DNA of 64,000 nucleotides from Octopus sinensis (Eukaryota): contig NC_042997.1 in assembly GCF_006345805.1 (NCBI RefSeq), forward strand, positions 196,168,001 to 196,232,000. Reading direction: 5' to 3'. The notes under the pieces were generated by a model. It did no database searches. It was not told where the DNA came from and saw only the letters and a list, made by a program, of their open reading frames with translations. Within the stretch, counting starts at the first letter, position 1. Every line of letters begins with the position of its first letter. Below are positions 24,919-37,439 of this stretch, in pieces. Position numbers and translations under genes: made by a program.

Positions 24919-25015
24919 TAAAAGATATATATATATATATATATAATGTAGGTCCCGGGTTGAGTCGGGTTACCACAGTAAATAAGGTACCAATACATAG
25001 CATAGTGTAAATTAA

Positions 25016-25146
25016 TTTATTTTATAGAAGGAGCTTCTACAGGACTAGAACTGTTTCATTCAAAAGAAATCATCAGGAAGCCTTCCTGATGATTCTTTTG
25101 AATGAAACAGTTCTAGTCCTGTAGCAGCTCCTTCTATAAAATAAAA
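25016..25146. repeat. Near-perfect 65-bp-arm hairpin containing a CTGATGA..GAAA core
   Basis: ...catcaggaag c cttcctgatg...; two differences between the arms. Confidence 0.88.
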
Positions 25147-25149
25147 AAT

Positions 25150-25429
25150 ATATATATATGTATATATATATATATATGTATGTATATATATATATATGTA
25201 TATGTATATATGTATATGTATATATATAGTATATGTATATGTATATATATATATGTATATGTATATATATATGTAATATGTATTATATATGTATATGTAT
25301 ATATATATGTATATATGTATATGTATATACATATGTATATTATATATATATGTATATATATATGTATATATATATGGTATATAATATATTATATATATAT
25401 ATATATGTGTATATGTATATATATATATG

Positions 25430-25460
<31 letters not shown>

Positions 25461-25727
25461 GTGTATATGTATACATATATATATGTATATATGTATATGT
25501 TATATGTATATATATATAATATATGTATATGTATATTATATATGTATATGTATATATATATGTATATATATATGTATATATATATGTATATATATATATG
25601 TATAATATATGTAGATAATTATATATATATGTATATATATATGTATAATATATGTAATATATAGTTATTATATATTATATATATATGTATATATATATGT
25701 ATGTATATATATATGTATATATATATG

Positions 25728-25766
<39 letters not shown>

Positions 25767-25949
25767 GTTATATATATATATATATATATGTATATGTATT
25801 ATATATAGTATGTATATATGTAATGTAATGTATATATATATATGTATATGTATAAAATAGGTATATGTATAGTATATATATGATGTATATATATATGTAT
25901 ATATATATGTATAGATATATAGTATATATATATGTTTATATTATGTATG

Positions 25950-25980
<31 letters not shown>

Positions 25981-26308
25981 GTATTATATAATATGTATAT
26001 ATATATGTATATATATATGTATATATATATGTATATATATAGTATTGTATATATATATGTATATATTATGTATATATATATGTAGTATATATATGTATGT
26101 ATATAATGTATATATATATGTATATATATATATTGTATATATATATGTATGTATATATTGTATGTATATATATGTATGTATATATATATATGTATGTATA
26201 TATATATATGTATGTATATATATATATATGTATGTATATATATATATGTATGTATATATATATATGTATGTATAGATTATGTATATATATAATATATGTA
26301 TGTATGTA

Positions 26309-26344
<36 letters not shown>

Positions 26345-26390
26345 CTGTATATAATCACACACATACACACACACACGTATATATATATAT
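25150..26390. repeat. Long (TA)/(TATG) microsatellite field
   Basis: Direct reading. Confidence 0.92.
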
Positions 26391-27045
26391 GGCTTTTCTG
26401 TATATCTATTTTCACATTTACTTGCTATGTACGACATCCATGTGAGACAGGATGTGGAGCTGGAGGAGGACGATGAGGAGGTGGGAGTGGAAGACGAGAG
26501 GATGATGATGACTACAACAATGTCGGCGACAATATTAATGGCGACGTTGTCCACGATCCAGCTAATAAGGAAGATAATGTCGACGGGAGCCCGGCGGGTG
26601 AGAGGCAGGTAACGTTGTAACTTCTAGAGGTTCTTAAGCCCCAGAAGTGCCAGCATTGTTATTAAAAATCTTCTTTATCTACATCCTATTGCTGAGATAA
26701 GACACATTAATCCGGATTGCTGAAATGTAAAAACAAAAATTTATTGTCGAAATTTGATTCGCTGCAGATATATACATAGATATACTCATAGTTTCGCTAG
26801 CACGTCTCAACGTAATACTGTTTGTATGCGTATGTGTGTGCGCGTGTGTGTGTACATTTATATATGTGTATATATATATCTACATATCCTTAGGTATATA
26901 TAGATGCATTAGTTATATATAAATTTTATATTTACAGAAAGTAGTGCATGTTTATATGCAAGTGTATATGCTTATACACGATGCATATATTGAGTGCACA
27001 TTCTATCGGTTGTTAAACAAAAAAAAACTAGGGCATATATGATTA

Positions 27046-27366
27046 GGTGTATTTCTTTACCATTATATCGACCCCAGTGAGTAAATGGTACTTAAATTAT
27101 CGACCCCGAAAGGATGAAAGATAAAGACGACCTCGTCGGAATTTGAACTCAGAACGTAACGGCAGACGGAATATGTATTTCTTTATTACCTACAAGGGGC
27201 TAAACACAGAGGGGACAAACAAGGACAGACAAACGGATTAAGGCGATTACATCGACCCCAGTGTGTAACTGGTATTTAATTTATCGACCCCGAAAGGATG
27301 AAAGGCAAAGTCGACCTCGGCGGAATTTGAAGTTCGGCGTGCTAACAATTCTGTCAGCTCACCGCT
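27046..27366 (-). mobile_element. SINE family E with duplicated body
   Basis: Two tandem gtcgac..ttcatcctttcggggtcgataa blocks and tail ...gtaataaagaaata. Confidence 0.85.
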
Positions 27367-27418
27367 GTAAATAGGTGTATGTGTGTTGTTGGCTGGTGCC
27401 ACCAATATTATTGTATAT

Positions 27419-27616
27419 TGTTATATCCTTAAAATGCTGGACCGTCATAACGCCCACTTCAGTATATAATGTACTTAGTAAAACCAGTAAAGACACGACT
27501 ATCTCTGACCATCTACTACGTACTCCAGTACTTCACGTACTTCTCCTTACTTACAATGACTAGGTTAGCCCATTCGTCACGTGAGATGGGTGTATACTTA
27601 TTATTAATTCCCTGCG
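27419..27616 (-). mobile_element. Ty3/Gypsy 3' LTR
   Basis: TG..CA-type ends (decayed), polypurine tract aaagaggaga immediately upstream on the minus strand; second copy split at 28890-28962 / 30437-30539. Confidence 0.65.
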
Positions 27617-27658
27617 TCTCCTCTTTAAAGTTTTTTCTTAGGCGGTGTCATTTTATTT

Positions 27659-27937
27659 GTTTGTTCCTTCTCGAGCCACGCCTGGATCATAGGGCTCCTT
27701 GGTGCATAGGTTCCCCACCTGGACAAGACGCTGGTCGTCGCAGGTGAGCTGCAAGATGCAGGAGGAAAGAGTGAGAGAAAGTTGTGGCGAAAAGTCAGCA
27801 GAAGTTCGCCATTACCTTCGCCGCGTGAAGCTAAGGTGTTTCGCTCATAAACAGACACATCTCCCGGTCTGAGATTCGAACCCGCGATCCCTCGACCACG
27901 AGCCCACTGCTCTAACCGCTAGGCCATCCACCCCCAC
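27659..27937 (-). mobile_element. SINE family B
   Basis: TSD gtcattttattt (27647-27658 / 27938-27949). Confidence 0.9.
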
Positions 27938-28019
27938 GTCATTTTATTTAGCTAATAATTATTTTTCATTCACCCCACCTCACTTTTTTGAGTTCCTTTT
28001 TTTTTTTACATATAATTTA

Positions 28020-28870
28020 ATATGGTTTGCGCTTGGCATCTATTTTCACGAACTCTGTATGTTTTCTTTTCCCCGCCTGGGTTCAATCACCTGTTGTGGC
28101 GTTGGTACTTGGATCGTATCGTACAACCATTCCACCTCTTTGCTTTCCACAAATTTCTTTTTCAGTTGCTTCGTGTGTCTCTTATATACGCCATTTCTAC
28201 TTTATACCTAGTACATTTTCCTTATGCACTTGGTAATTACGCCATCTTCCCAACTCTGCTTTCCATTCTTGTATGCCCTCATGTACACCTTTTCACCGAC
28301 TTTAAAATATCTTACTATATTTCCCTAACATTTTTTTCTTTTCTTGCCAGCTAGCAATTAATCAAGGTGCACTACCTTCTTGTATATTCGGATTTGGTAC
28401 CACACGGTACACTCTGAAAAATTGTTGTAGAGGTACCTCATCCGTGACTTCCTTATTTGATTTTCTAAGGGCTCTTTTGGAGATATCAAAACGTTCTGTT
28501 TTCTGTTAAATCTGAGATGATATGGCACAGTAGTTATAGGTTCTCTCGCGCACATTTCACAAAACATTTTAAATTCGCTAGACACAAATTGCGTTCCATT
28601 GTCAAGCACTACCATGTTTGAGATGTCAAATCTTGCAAACAATTCGTGTAAAAAATTTATCACAGTTGAGGTGGTTGGTTGTTTCGACTTAACAAATTTC
28701 TGAAAGGACCAGCGAAATCGATGTGTATACTCGACCACGGAATATCTATTTTTGAACAATGTTTAACTTTTACCGTGGGCAACTTTTCATTTCGTTTTGG
28801 CTTACATACAGGAGTCCCACTCTGTTTCACAGCAACTTTTTTGTTACATTCCCTCAGACGCATTCGAACC
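28020..28870 (-). pseudogene. Ty3/Gypsy integrase remnant
   Basis: PWSSIHIDFAGPF; LHELFARF..VVLDNGTQFVSSEFKMFC..TTVPYH; C-terminal FKVGEKVYMR..W..G.I.K..KRH; frameshifted. Confidence 0.9.
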
Positions 28871-29043
28871 TTTGACTCACCTAACTATATGTTGGATTGT
28901 TATAACGCCCACTTCGGTATACAGTCTACTCAGTAAAACCAGTAAACACACAGCTATCTCTGATTTCTTTATTTGGCACCCCGGCCTAACACAGAGGAGG
29001 ACACTACAAGGACAGACACAACATCACAGTGGAGACATAAAAC

Positions 29044-29449
29044 GGAATTTTTCGGTTTGAACGGCAGTTTTTCTATCGGTGTCATATGAAATTGTCACCC
29101 ATAATTATGACGCTAGTATCGATCTATTGCATTTCAATCTATTTTAGGGTTAGGGTTAGGGGGAAGGGTATCTTTTTTCTTCACAAATGTAAATAAACCC
29201 AATCTGTTTCTTAAACGAGAGACATATTCATACGGCACATAATGTTTTCACCTCAATAGACGGTCATTGATTGATTGAAATTGCCGAAATGCAAGAAATT
29301 AAAGACCAAATATCTTACAAACTATAGAATTTTCTCAAAGCCAAGAGAAAAAGATGTTTTATAAACACATTCTATCTGTATACGAAGTTTAAATTTTTTC
29401 AGCTACCTAGAAATTATGTTAAAAACTGCCGGTCAAACCGAAAAGATCC
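29044..29449. mobile_element. MITE, second copy (inverted relative to 18600)
   Basis: Same TIRs; TSD cataaaac (29036-29043 / 29450-29457). Confidence 0.92.
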
Positions 29450-30436
29450 CATAAAACATAAAACGAATGCGAATGAATGTTATATAAAAATGGAAAAAAT
29501 GAAATGGCTGCATGGGCCCGACTCCTATGCAGTACCATTTGAACGTTTATACACACTATATTACAATCGTTCTATTTTTGTGTATTGTTTTTTCTTAATC
29601 ATCATTTTTTTCCTCTCTTTTTTTTGTTGGAAACAATTTTACTTACTCTTTTTTTTTCATTTTAATACCTCATGTAAGGATCCACGTCTTTGAGTTAATC
29701 TACGAGTGGCAGTTCGTCGAACTTCACCAACACTCCGAGTGGGTCAATTTTGTCTAGACACAGCTATCTCTGTTTCTTTATTAGCCACAAGGGCCCAAAC
29801 ATAGAGGGGGACAAACAAGGACAGACAGGACACCACAGAGGGGACACTACATAAAACGAATATGATGAAATCATTATACAATAATGGGGTTATGAATGGC
29901 TGCATGCGCCCCTCATCACATGCATTACCATTAATCTTTTTAAACTGTCCATTTTTATCATATATTTAACTAACAATTAATTATCGTCTACCATTACAAT
30001 TATTTGATCCGTTATATTTTTCTCTAAAAATGTTCTTCTATTTTCTGATATTATTAAATATAACATAAAACACTTTTCTTTTTTTTCCTCCTTTTTCTTT
30101 TTCTTTTCTTTTTTCCTGTCGATTTGACATACTTATTTATTTTTTAGTAACATTTCATTAGTGGTTCGATTTCTACTAAATCCACTACTGGTGGCAATTC
30201 TTTGAATTCCACCCTTATTCCTGATGGGTCGATATTATCTCCACACATTTCTTGTAGTATTTTATAACTTTCTTCTCCAATTACTATCGCCTTCATATCC
30301 TCTGCATATATGTATGCTGGTACCTTTACTCTTACTATTTGGTTGAACTTGAGTATTTTCTTCTCTGTTTCAATGTTCTTCGGGTAGGTTACTTAATACC
30401 ATACACCGTTTCCTTTAATTTTCTTTCCTTTATTTT

Positions 30437-30539
30437 AGCTATCTTTGACCGCCTATTACGTACCTCTCTTTACTTATGGTGACTAGGTTATTCCATTCGT
30501 CACGTGAGAGGGATGTACCATTATTACTAATTCCCTACA
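30437..30539 (-). mobile_element. Gypsy 5' LTR portion, interrupted by a ~1.5-kb nested insertion
   Basis: gactaggtta..ccattcgtcacgtgaga..attccctaca matches 27530-27616. Confidence 0.6.
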
Positions 30540-31443
30540 TATTATCCCCACATATTTCTATCTATTTATATGCGTGTGTCAATGTATGTACGTTTTTTTT
30601 TTTGCATTTATACACACACACGCGCACACAATACACACACATACACATATATAAGTATGCATGTATTAATGTATGTATATATGTAGTATGTATGTACACA
30701 TACATGCATACATCACGTCCATGCATATATACACATGTATGCATTTTCACGTATTATTGTGTTTCGATATTTCTTTTATTTCCAAGTCTAAAAAATCTTC
30801 GCTGCGCTCACAGCCATGCATAGACTGACACACATATAGGTATGTACACGTCTGCATGTATGTATAAGTTTATATACTCATAAAGAGGACATGTATTCTT
30901 GTATCTTTAGCGATAGAGCATAAGCTCTATTTAAATATATTACATTCATTATTTCAAGCTCGGGGCAGGTGGAAAGAAACGAGACGAGTGACGCCGCCTT
31001 TGTAAGATGCAGAGAAAGTCTTCAAACGGCATCTTTGGTGATTATTTCGCATCATAAAAGGCTTCGGTTTGTGCCTCACGACAAGACTTTCTCTCACACG
31101 CCAATTTCATTTTGCATTTTTAAAGTAGTGATCAAAAATCAAAGGAGATATTTGTCTGTCATGTACACGCATGCGTACAGAAATTCTCACCAACCTACAT
31201 TTGTCATTCAGATTTATATGCATATGTATATAGACAGACAGACAGAATAATATATAGATAGATAAGTAGATGGATAGACGGATAGACAGATGGATATATA
31301 GATAGATATACATAAAATTCAAATCTACCATATATATATATTATAATATATATATATACACACAGAAAAAGAAAGGGAGAGTGACTGAGAGATAGTGTGA
31401 GATGTATGTGTGTGTATATATGTGTATATATGTAATATATATA

Positions 31444-31478
<35 letters not shown>

Positions 31479-31552
31479 GTATGTGTGTATATACAAAATT
31501 ATAAATAAATAGTATATAATTAGGAATCTTGTAAGTTTGGAATCATATTCCC

Positions 31553-31583
<31 letters not shown>

Positions 31584-31648
31584 TGGTAAAACGGTAAGAT
31601 AACAAAAGAAAGAAAGAGACCTCAATATTATGTAAATAGAGGGAATTT

Positions 31649-32002
31649 ATCTATAAAATAATATGTTACATTACTCGATAGTCAAGATAAAACTCTGAGT
31701 TTCAGATGCCGAAGTGGGAATCCACAACGCTATCTCTTCGGTTATCTGGCTATTTTCTGGACGACGTTATTCTTAACTAAGAGCTAACACGGCCTTTTTG
31801 GATTATCGCCTAACATCGGTTGAGGACTCTTACACACAGAAGAATTTAATATGGATGCATATTACATAGATTATTCTATGAAAAAAAAGAGAAAAGAAAG
31901 AAAATAGCCAGATAACCGAAGAGATGGCGTTGTGGATTCCCACTTCGGCATCTGGAACTCAGAGTTTTATCTTGACTATCGAGTAATGTAACATATTATT
32001 AT

Positions 32003-32010
<8 letters not shown>
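31649..32010. mobile_element. Foldback element (~110-bp arms) with outward-facing hammerhead variants
   Basis: agataa CCGAAGA ... GAAA ctcagag TT ttatct at 31685-31747 (-); GGAA version at 31910-31972 (+). Confidence 0.8.
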
Positions 32011-32043
<33 letters not shown>

Positions 32044-32054
32044 TCTGTCGTGTT

Positions 32055-32470
32055 TCTTTTACGTTTTTCAGTCATTAGACTACAGCCATCCTGAGATACC
32101 ACCTTGAGGAATTTCGAGTTCAATGCATCGTCACCAGCTCTTATTTTTGGCTAAGAGTGCTACTTATTTTATCGGTTCCTATTTCCGAATTTCTAAGTTA
32201 TGGGGAAAGCAATACACCAGTACTAGTTGTGTAACAGTGGTGAGGGAGACAAATACAGACAGGAAGACACACATACTCGAACAAACATATGTGAGCGTGT
32301 GTGTGTGTGTGTGTGTGGTGTACAACGGGCTTCTTCCAGCTCCCGTCTACGAAATCTACCCACTTAGCTTTGGTTGATCCGAGGATATAATCCCTCTTAC
32401 GTAGAGGGACTGAAACCGGAAACGTAGTTGCCAAACAATCTCTTACCACACAGCCACTCCTGCGCCTATA
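32055..32470 (-). mobile_element. Old diverged SINE family D copy
   Basis: Recognisable head cttaccacacagccactcc and tail; many substitutions. Confidence 0.75.
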
Positions 32471-32505
32471 CGCATATATAAACACGTGCGCGAGCGCGGT
32501 TGTTC

Positions 32506-32544
<39 letters not shown>

Positions 32545-32749
32545 TCTCTTTTACTTGTTTCAATCATTTTACTGTGGCCATGCTGGAGCATCACCTTTAG
32601 TCGAGCCTAGTACTTAATCTATCGGACTCTTTTACCGAACTGCTAAGTTACGGAGACGTAAACACACTTGCATCGGCTGTCAAGCAATGTTGGGGGTACA
32701 AACACAGACACACAAACGCACACATACATACATACATACATACATATAT

Positions 32750-32793
<44 letters not shown>

Positions 32794-32953
32794 CGGGCTT
32801 CTTTCAGTTTCCGTCTACCAAATCCATTCACAAGGCTTTGGTCGGCCCGAGGCTATAGTAGAAGACACTTGCCCAAGGTTCCTCGCAGTTGGACTGAACC
32901 CGGAACCTTGTGGTTCGTAAGCAAGCTACTTACCACACAGCCACTCCTACGCC
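32545..32953 (-). mobile_element. SINE family D
   Basis: Full family D structure. Confidence 0.92.
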
Positions 32954-33608
32954 TATAAATGTATGATCACATACTTATATATATGTGCGTGCGTGGATTG
33001 CGTGTCCGCGTGTGTATGAATACATACATCCACACCTGTAACCCTTCATTAATATCTTCCATCTGAGGCGGGGAGCCCGTTTCTGCGTCTATGTGTGTTT
33101 GTGGATTTACAGAGACAAGTGTCCACAGAACTAAGAGCATTTGTTTAATCTTAGCCCTTCATATCAATTTCTAAAATTAGTGAGTTCAAAATCTATTATT
33201 GGGGTTATATGATTTTTCTGTAATACAATCACCGCAATTACGGTTTCATTTTCCGAACTCCTCTCTCCTTCCGACAAGCTTTTTATATTTTCTTGATTGA
33301 AATAGAAAGTAGGAGCCTTTTATGCTCGATGACAATAAACCAAGATTACTTATCTTTCACCAAATAATTGGCTACTAGTAATAACATAAAATGAATCTTC
33401 ATGGACTTATCGATTTTGTAGAAAACCTAGAACATTCCTAGAATAGCTTTTAACATTTTATTTCTTACAAAAAAATGTGTTCGCGCGCACGCATGCGCGT
33501 GTGTTTGTGTGTGTTACTCGATTTCAGTCACTGGTTTATCGCCATGCATGGGTCACCGCTTTGAAAGCATTAGTCGAAAATATTTTAGCCTCGATACTTT
33601 TTATAAGT

Positions 33609-33813
33609 ATACTCTTTTACTTGTTTCAGTCATTTGACTGCGGCCATGCAGCAGCACTGCCTTTAATCGAGCAACTCGACCCCGGGACTTATTCTTTGAA
33701 AGCCCAGTACTTATTCTATCGGTCACTTTTTGCCGAACCGCTAAGTGACGGGGACATAAAGACACCAGTATCGGTTGTCAAGCAATGCTAGGGGGTCAAA
33801 CACAGACACACAA

Positions 33814-33846
<33 letters not shown>

Positions 33847-34019
33847 CATATATACGACGGGCTTCTTTCAGTTTCCGTCTACCAAATCCACTCACAAGGC
33901 TTTGGTCGGCCCGCGGCTATAGTAGAAGATACTTGCCCAAGGTGCCACGCAGTGGGACTGAACCCGGAACCATGTGGTTGGTAAACAAGCTACTTACCAC
34001 ACGGCCACCCCTGCGCCTA
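33609..34019 (-). mobile_element. SINE family D
   Basis: Full family D structure. Confidence 0.92.
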
Positions 34020-34145
34020 TATGGTAATTTTTTTATCGATATCGTTTGACAAAACGCTAGCCAAAACACCACCCATTGTAAAACAGCAGTGGAGGACAAA
34101 CACAATCATACACACAAACAAACAAACATACATACATACATACAT

Positions 34146-34178
<33 letters not shown>

Positions 34179-34929
34179 TAGATATTTTTTCGGACCATGT
34201 TTGCATTTTAGGAGATTTCTGCTGGCCTATTGGGAACCGCTGGAAGTTGATACCTAACGGGAGAGGGAGATGATCCTCTTATCTTTACCTTCATAGCTGA
34301 ACGATGGCAGTAAAACCGGACGTTGATAGCCATTAGCGAAGGGAGATAATACAGACTTTTCCCTTCGATATTTTAAAGACGTCAGAGGCCAACAGGTCTT
34401 CGGGTCTAACGATACGCCATAAAGTTAAACCTTTTATGGAGAGGAAACCCTGGGTAACCCCATAAACCAACAGTCACCCGGAAGAAACATAGACTGTTCT
34501 ACTTCATCTCCAGATTTATGTTTTTCTAAAATGATATATAAGTATGTTTTTTTTTTATATACTGCCACGCTTCTTGATGGAATTCTTTTCTGTAGAGAAA
34601 GGGGCTTCATCCTATATTGTTAGTATATATATATATTTATGTAATAAAAACCACAGACTACTACATCTGCTAATGAAATTATTGCCAGTACCGGAGGATG
34701 TTTCAACCGTATCGTTTGATTTCACCGCATATTGTGAATGATGAGCATTAGCTACCCAAGTTTCAATTGATAGATCGAAAAATCAAGCGAACCGATATAT
34801 GTGTCACACTGACATATTCAAGATATATATTCAAGACATATGTATGCCAAAAATATAACTTAAAGCAGATATATATATATGCCACACAAGTATATGTCAG
34901 ATATACCGTGTATACCAGACACAATATAC

Positions 34930-34960
<31 letters not shown>

Positions 34961-35276
34961 CAGATAGATTTGCGGGTTCGTTTCTTTTTCCTTTTTTGCA
35001 TCTAAATTTGTATTTATGATGTTCTATATAAATGAAGTTATATCCTTAATTTGCTACTTTATTTTCTTTACACGAAATGAGAAGATACATTGTGGAATTG
35101 TTATCTCAACGAGTTATATCTATTTATCTCCCTAAGAGACACATCTGCACCGTCAGGATGCTCCTGAACCATCTGTTAAGTATCCCACCCGTGAGGGATC
35201 GACTCTAGATGTGCTGAAGCAATTCTTGTGATTAATAAAAATTTCCGTATCTTCCATCTTCCATCTTTCATTTTCC

Positions 35277-35371
<95 letters not shown>

Positions 35372-36004
35372 ATACCCACATATATGAAGTATACTACATA
35401 TATACACAATAGAACATATATACATGATATATCATATATACAATAATTTAATGTATATCAGTCATAACATACATAACAGTTATTATCTGTATGCTAGACA
35501 CATTATTTATATATATGCATGTATGTGTGAGTGTGTGTGTGTGTAATTGTCCGTGTGCGTGTATACATACATACATACGTACGTACGTACGTACGTACGT
35601 ACAGACATACATACATACGTACAGACATACGTACAGACATACATACATACATACATACATACGTACATACATACTTATATATATATACATTGCCATATTT
35701 GTTATTCTCAAATGAATCATCACAATTTCCTATTATATCAAATTTGTTGTCTTCAAAGCGACTGTAATTACCCCCCACACACACACACTTACACACACAC
35801 ACTTACACACACACACTTACACACACACACACACAATTACATATACATACACACACACACACGCCAAATTTCTTGTTTACTCTTTCCATTTGTCTTTTAA
35901 TATTCCTATATTATTGTTAATCAGACATCAAAGCTCGTGCATGATAAAATGAGGAAACCAGAAGATAAAATATTTTGAGGCATTCCTTGAAGTTTTTCAC
36001 TCAC

Positions 36005-36055
36005 TTCTTTCTTCGCTATCTCCTGGAGTGAAATTCGTTTCTTCTTTCTCATGGA
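36005..36055 (-). CDS. Candidate 51-nt micro-exon (SMRKKKRISLQEIAKKE or HEKEETNFTPGDSEER)
   Basis: Acceptor gttgctatctgttttatcag, donor gaa|gtgagt, length divisible by 3, two open frames. Confidence 0.35.
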
Positions 36056-36229
36056 CTGATAAAACAGATAGCAACTAAATAATTTACATGAACCTAATCC
36101 GAAGATATATAATATATATATAAGATATGGCTGTGTGGTAAGTAGCTTGCTTACCAACCACATGGTTCCGGGTTCATTCCCACTCCGTGGCAACTTGGGC
36201 ATATATATATACATATATCCCATGTTGAT

Positions 36230-36430
36230 TCGCTAGCTTCTGCACGCATTTTTTTCTCTCCTTGTTTCTCTCCGTGTTTCTTTTCTGTGTATCTTTCTGT
36301 TGAAGAGCGTAGGCTCGAAACGTAAAAGCCTTTTTTTATTTATATTCCTGAGCGCCATACTAATACAATTGTTTGTTTGTATTCCACCTGCCTTCGTCTT
36401 TTGTTAATTTTCATAAAGCTTCCCGTTATA
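36230..36430 (+). mobile_element. Penelope-like pseudo-LTR fragment with hammerhead variant (36293-36328)
   Basis: cttt CTGTTGA a gagc-gtag-gctc GAAA cg TA aaag. Confidence 0.65.
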
Positions 36431-36528
36431 TATATATATATATATATATACATATGTGTGTGTGTGTGAGTGTGATTGTATGAAATACACACACATAATA
36501 TATATGAATATACGTATAAATATACATA

Positions 36529-36927
36529 GAGTGGCTGTGTGGTAAGTAGCTTGCTTACCAACCGCATGGTTCCGGGTTCATTCCCACAGCGTGGCAACTT
36601 GGGCAAGTGTATTCTACTGTAGCCTCGGGCCGACCAAAGCCTTGTGAGTGGATTTGGTAGACGGAAACTGAAAGAAGCCCGTCGTATATGTATATATATG
36701 TGTATGTGTGTGTTTGTGTGTCTGTTTGTCCCCCAAAATCGCTTAACAACCGATGCTGGTGTGTTTATATCCCCGCAACTTAGCGGTTCGGCAAAAGATG
36801 CCGATAGAATAAGTACTAAGCTTACAAAGAATAAGTCCTGGCGTCGATTTCCTCGACTAAAGGTGGTGCTCCAGCATGGCCGCAGTCAAATGACTGAAAC
36901 AAATAAAAGAGTAAAGAGTAAAAAGAG
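36529..36927 (+). mobile_element. SINE family D (head-only copy also at 36127-36201)
   Basis: Full family D structure. Confidence 0.92.
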
Positions 36928-37133
36928 TATATAAAAGTGATTGGTTTTGTAACCTCACACTGAAACATCGAAGCACTCTGTCCTCGTTCTAATCCCAATG
37001 ACCAATTCTTCAGCCCCAGAATATCGCTTCTCTGCGAATCGCATGCCTACTTTTGTTATTATTGTCTTTCTTGCTAGATGTTTTCCTGTAACTGTTTAAA
37101 CAGAACATTCTTTTCTGCTCTAGGCACAAGTAG

Positions 37134-37262
37134 GCAACTGATACTTAATTTATCGACCCCGAAAAGTTGAAAGCCAAAGTCGACCTCAGAACGTAAAGAC
37201 AGACGAAATGCCGCTAAGCATTTCGCCCGACGTGCTGATGTTTCTGCCAGCTCGCCGTCTTG
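37134..37262 (-). mobile_element. SINE family E, partial
   Basis: gacggcgagctggcagaaac head and ttcggggtcgataaatt block. Confidence 0.8.
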
Positions 37263-37439
37263 TTTAAGCAGAATATTAATGGCTTCAATCTCACGAGTGT
37301 CAAAGATCTAGCATATCATTGACTCTTCTTTAATTTTACACACACACATACACTCATGTTAGTCATTGGTTTTATGTTTATAATAAAAACAGTTTTAAGT
37401 TAATCTGATGGGTTACTCGATAATTTCGTAGAGTACCAA

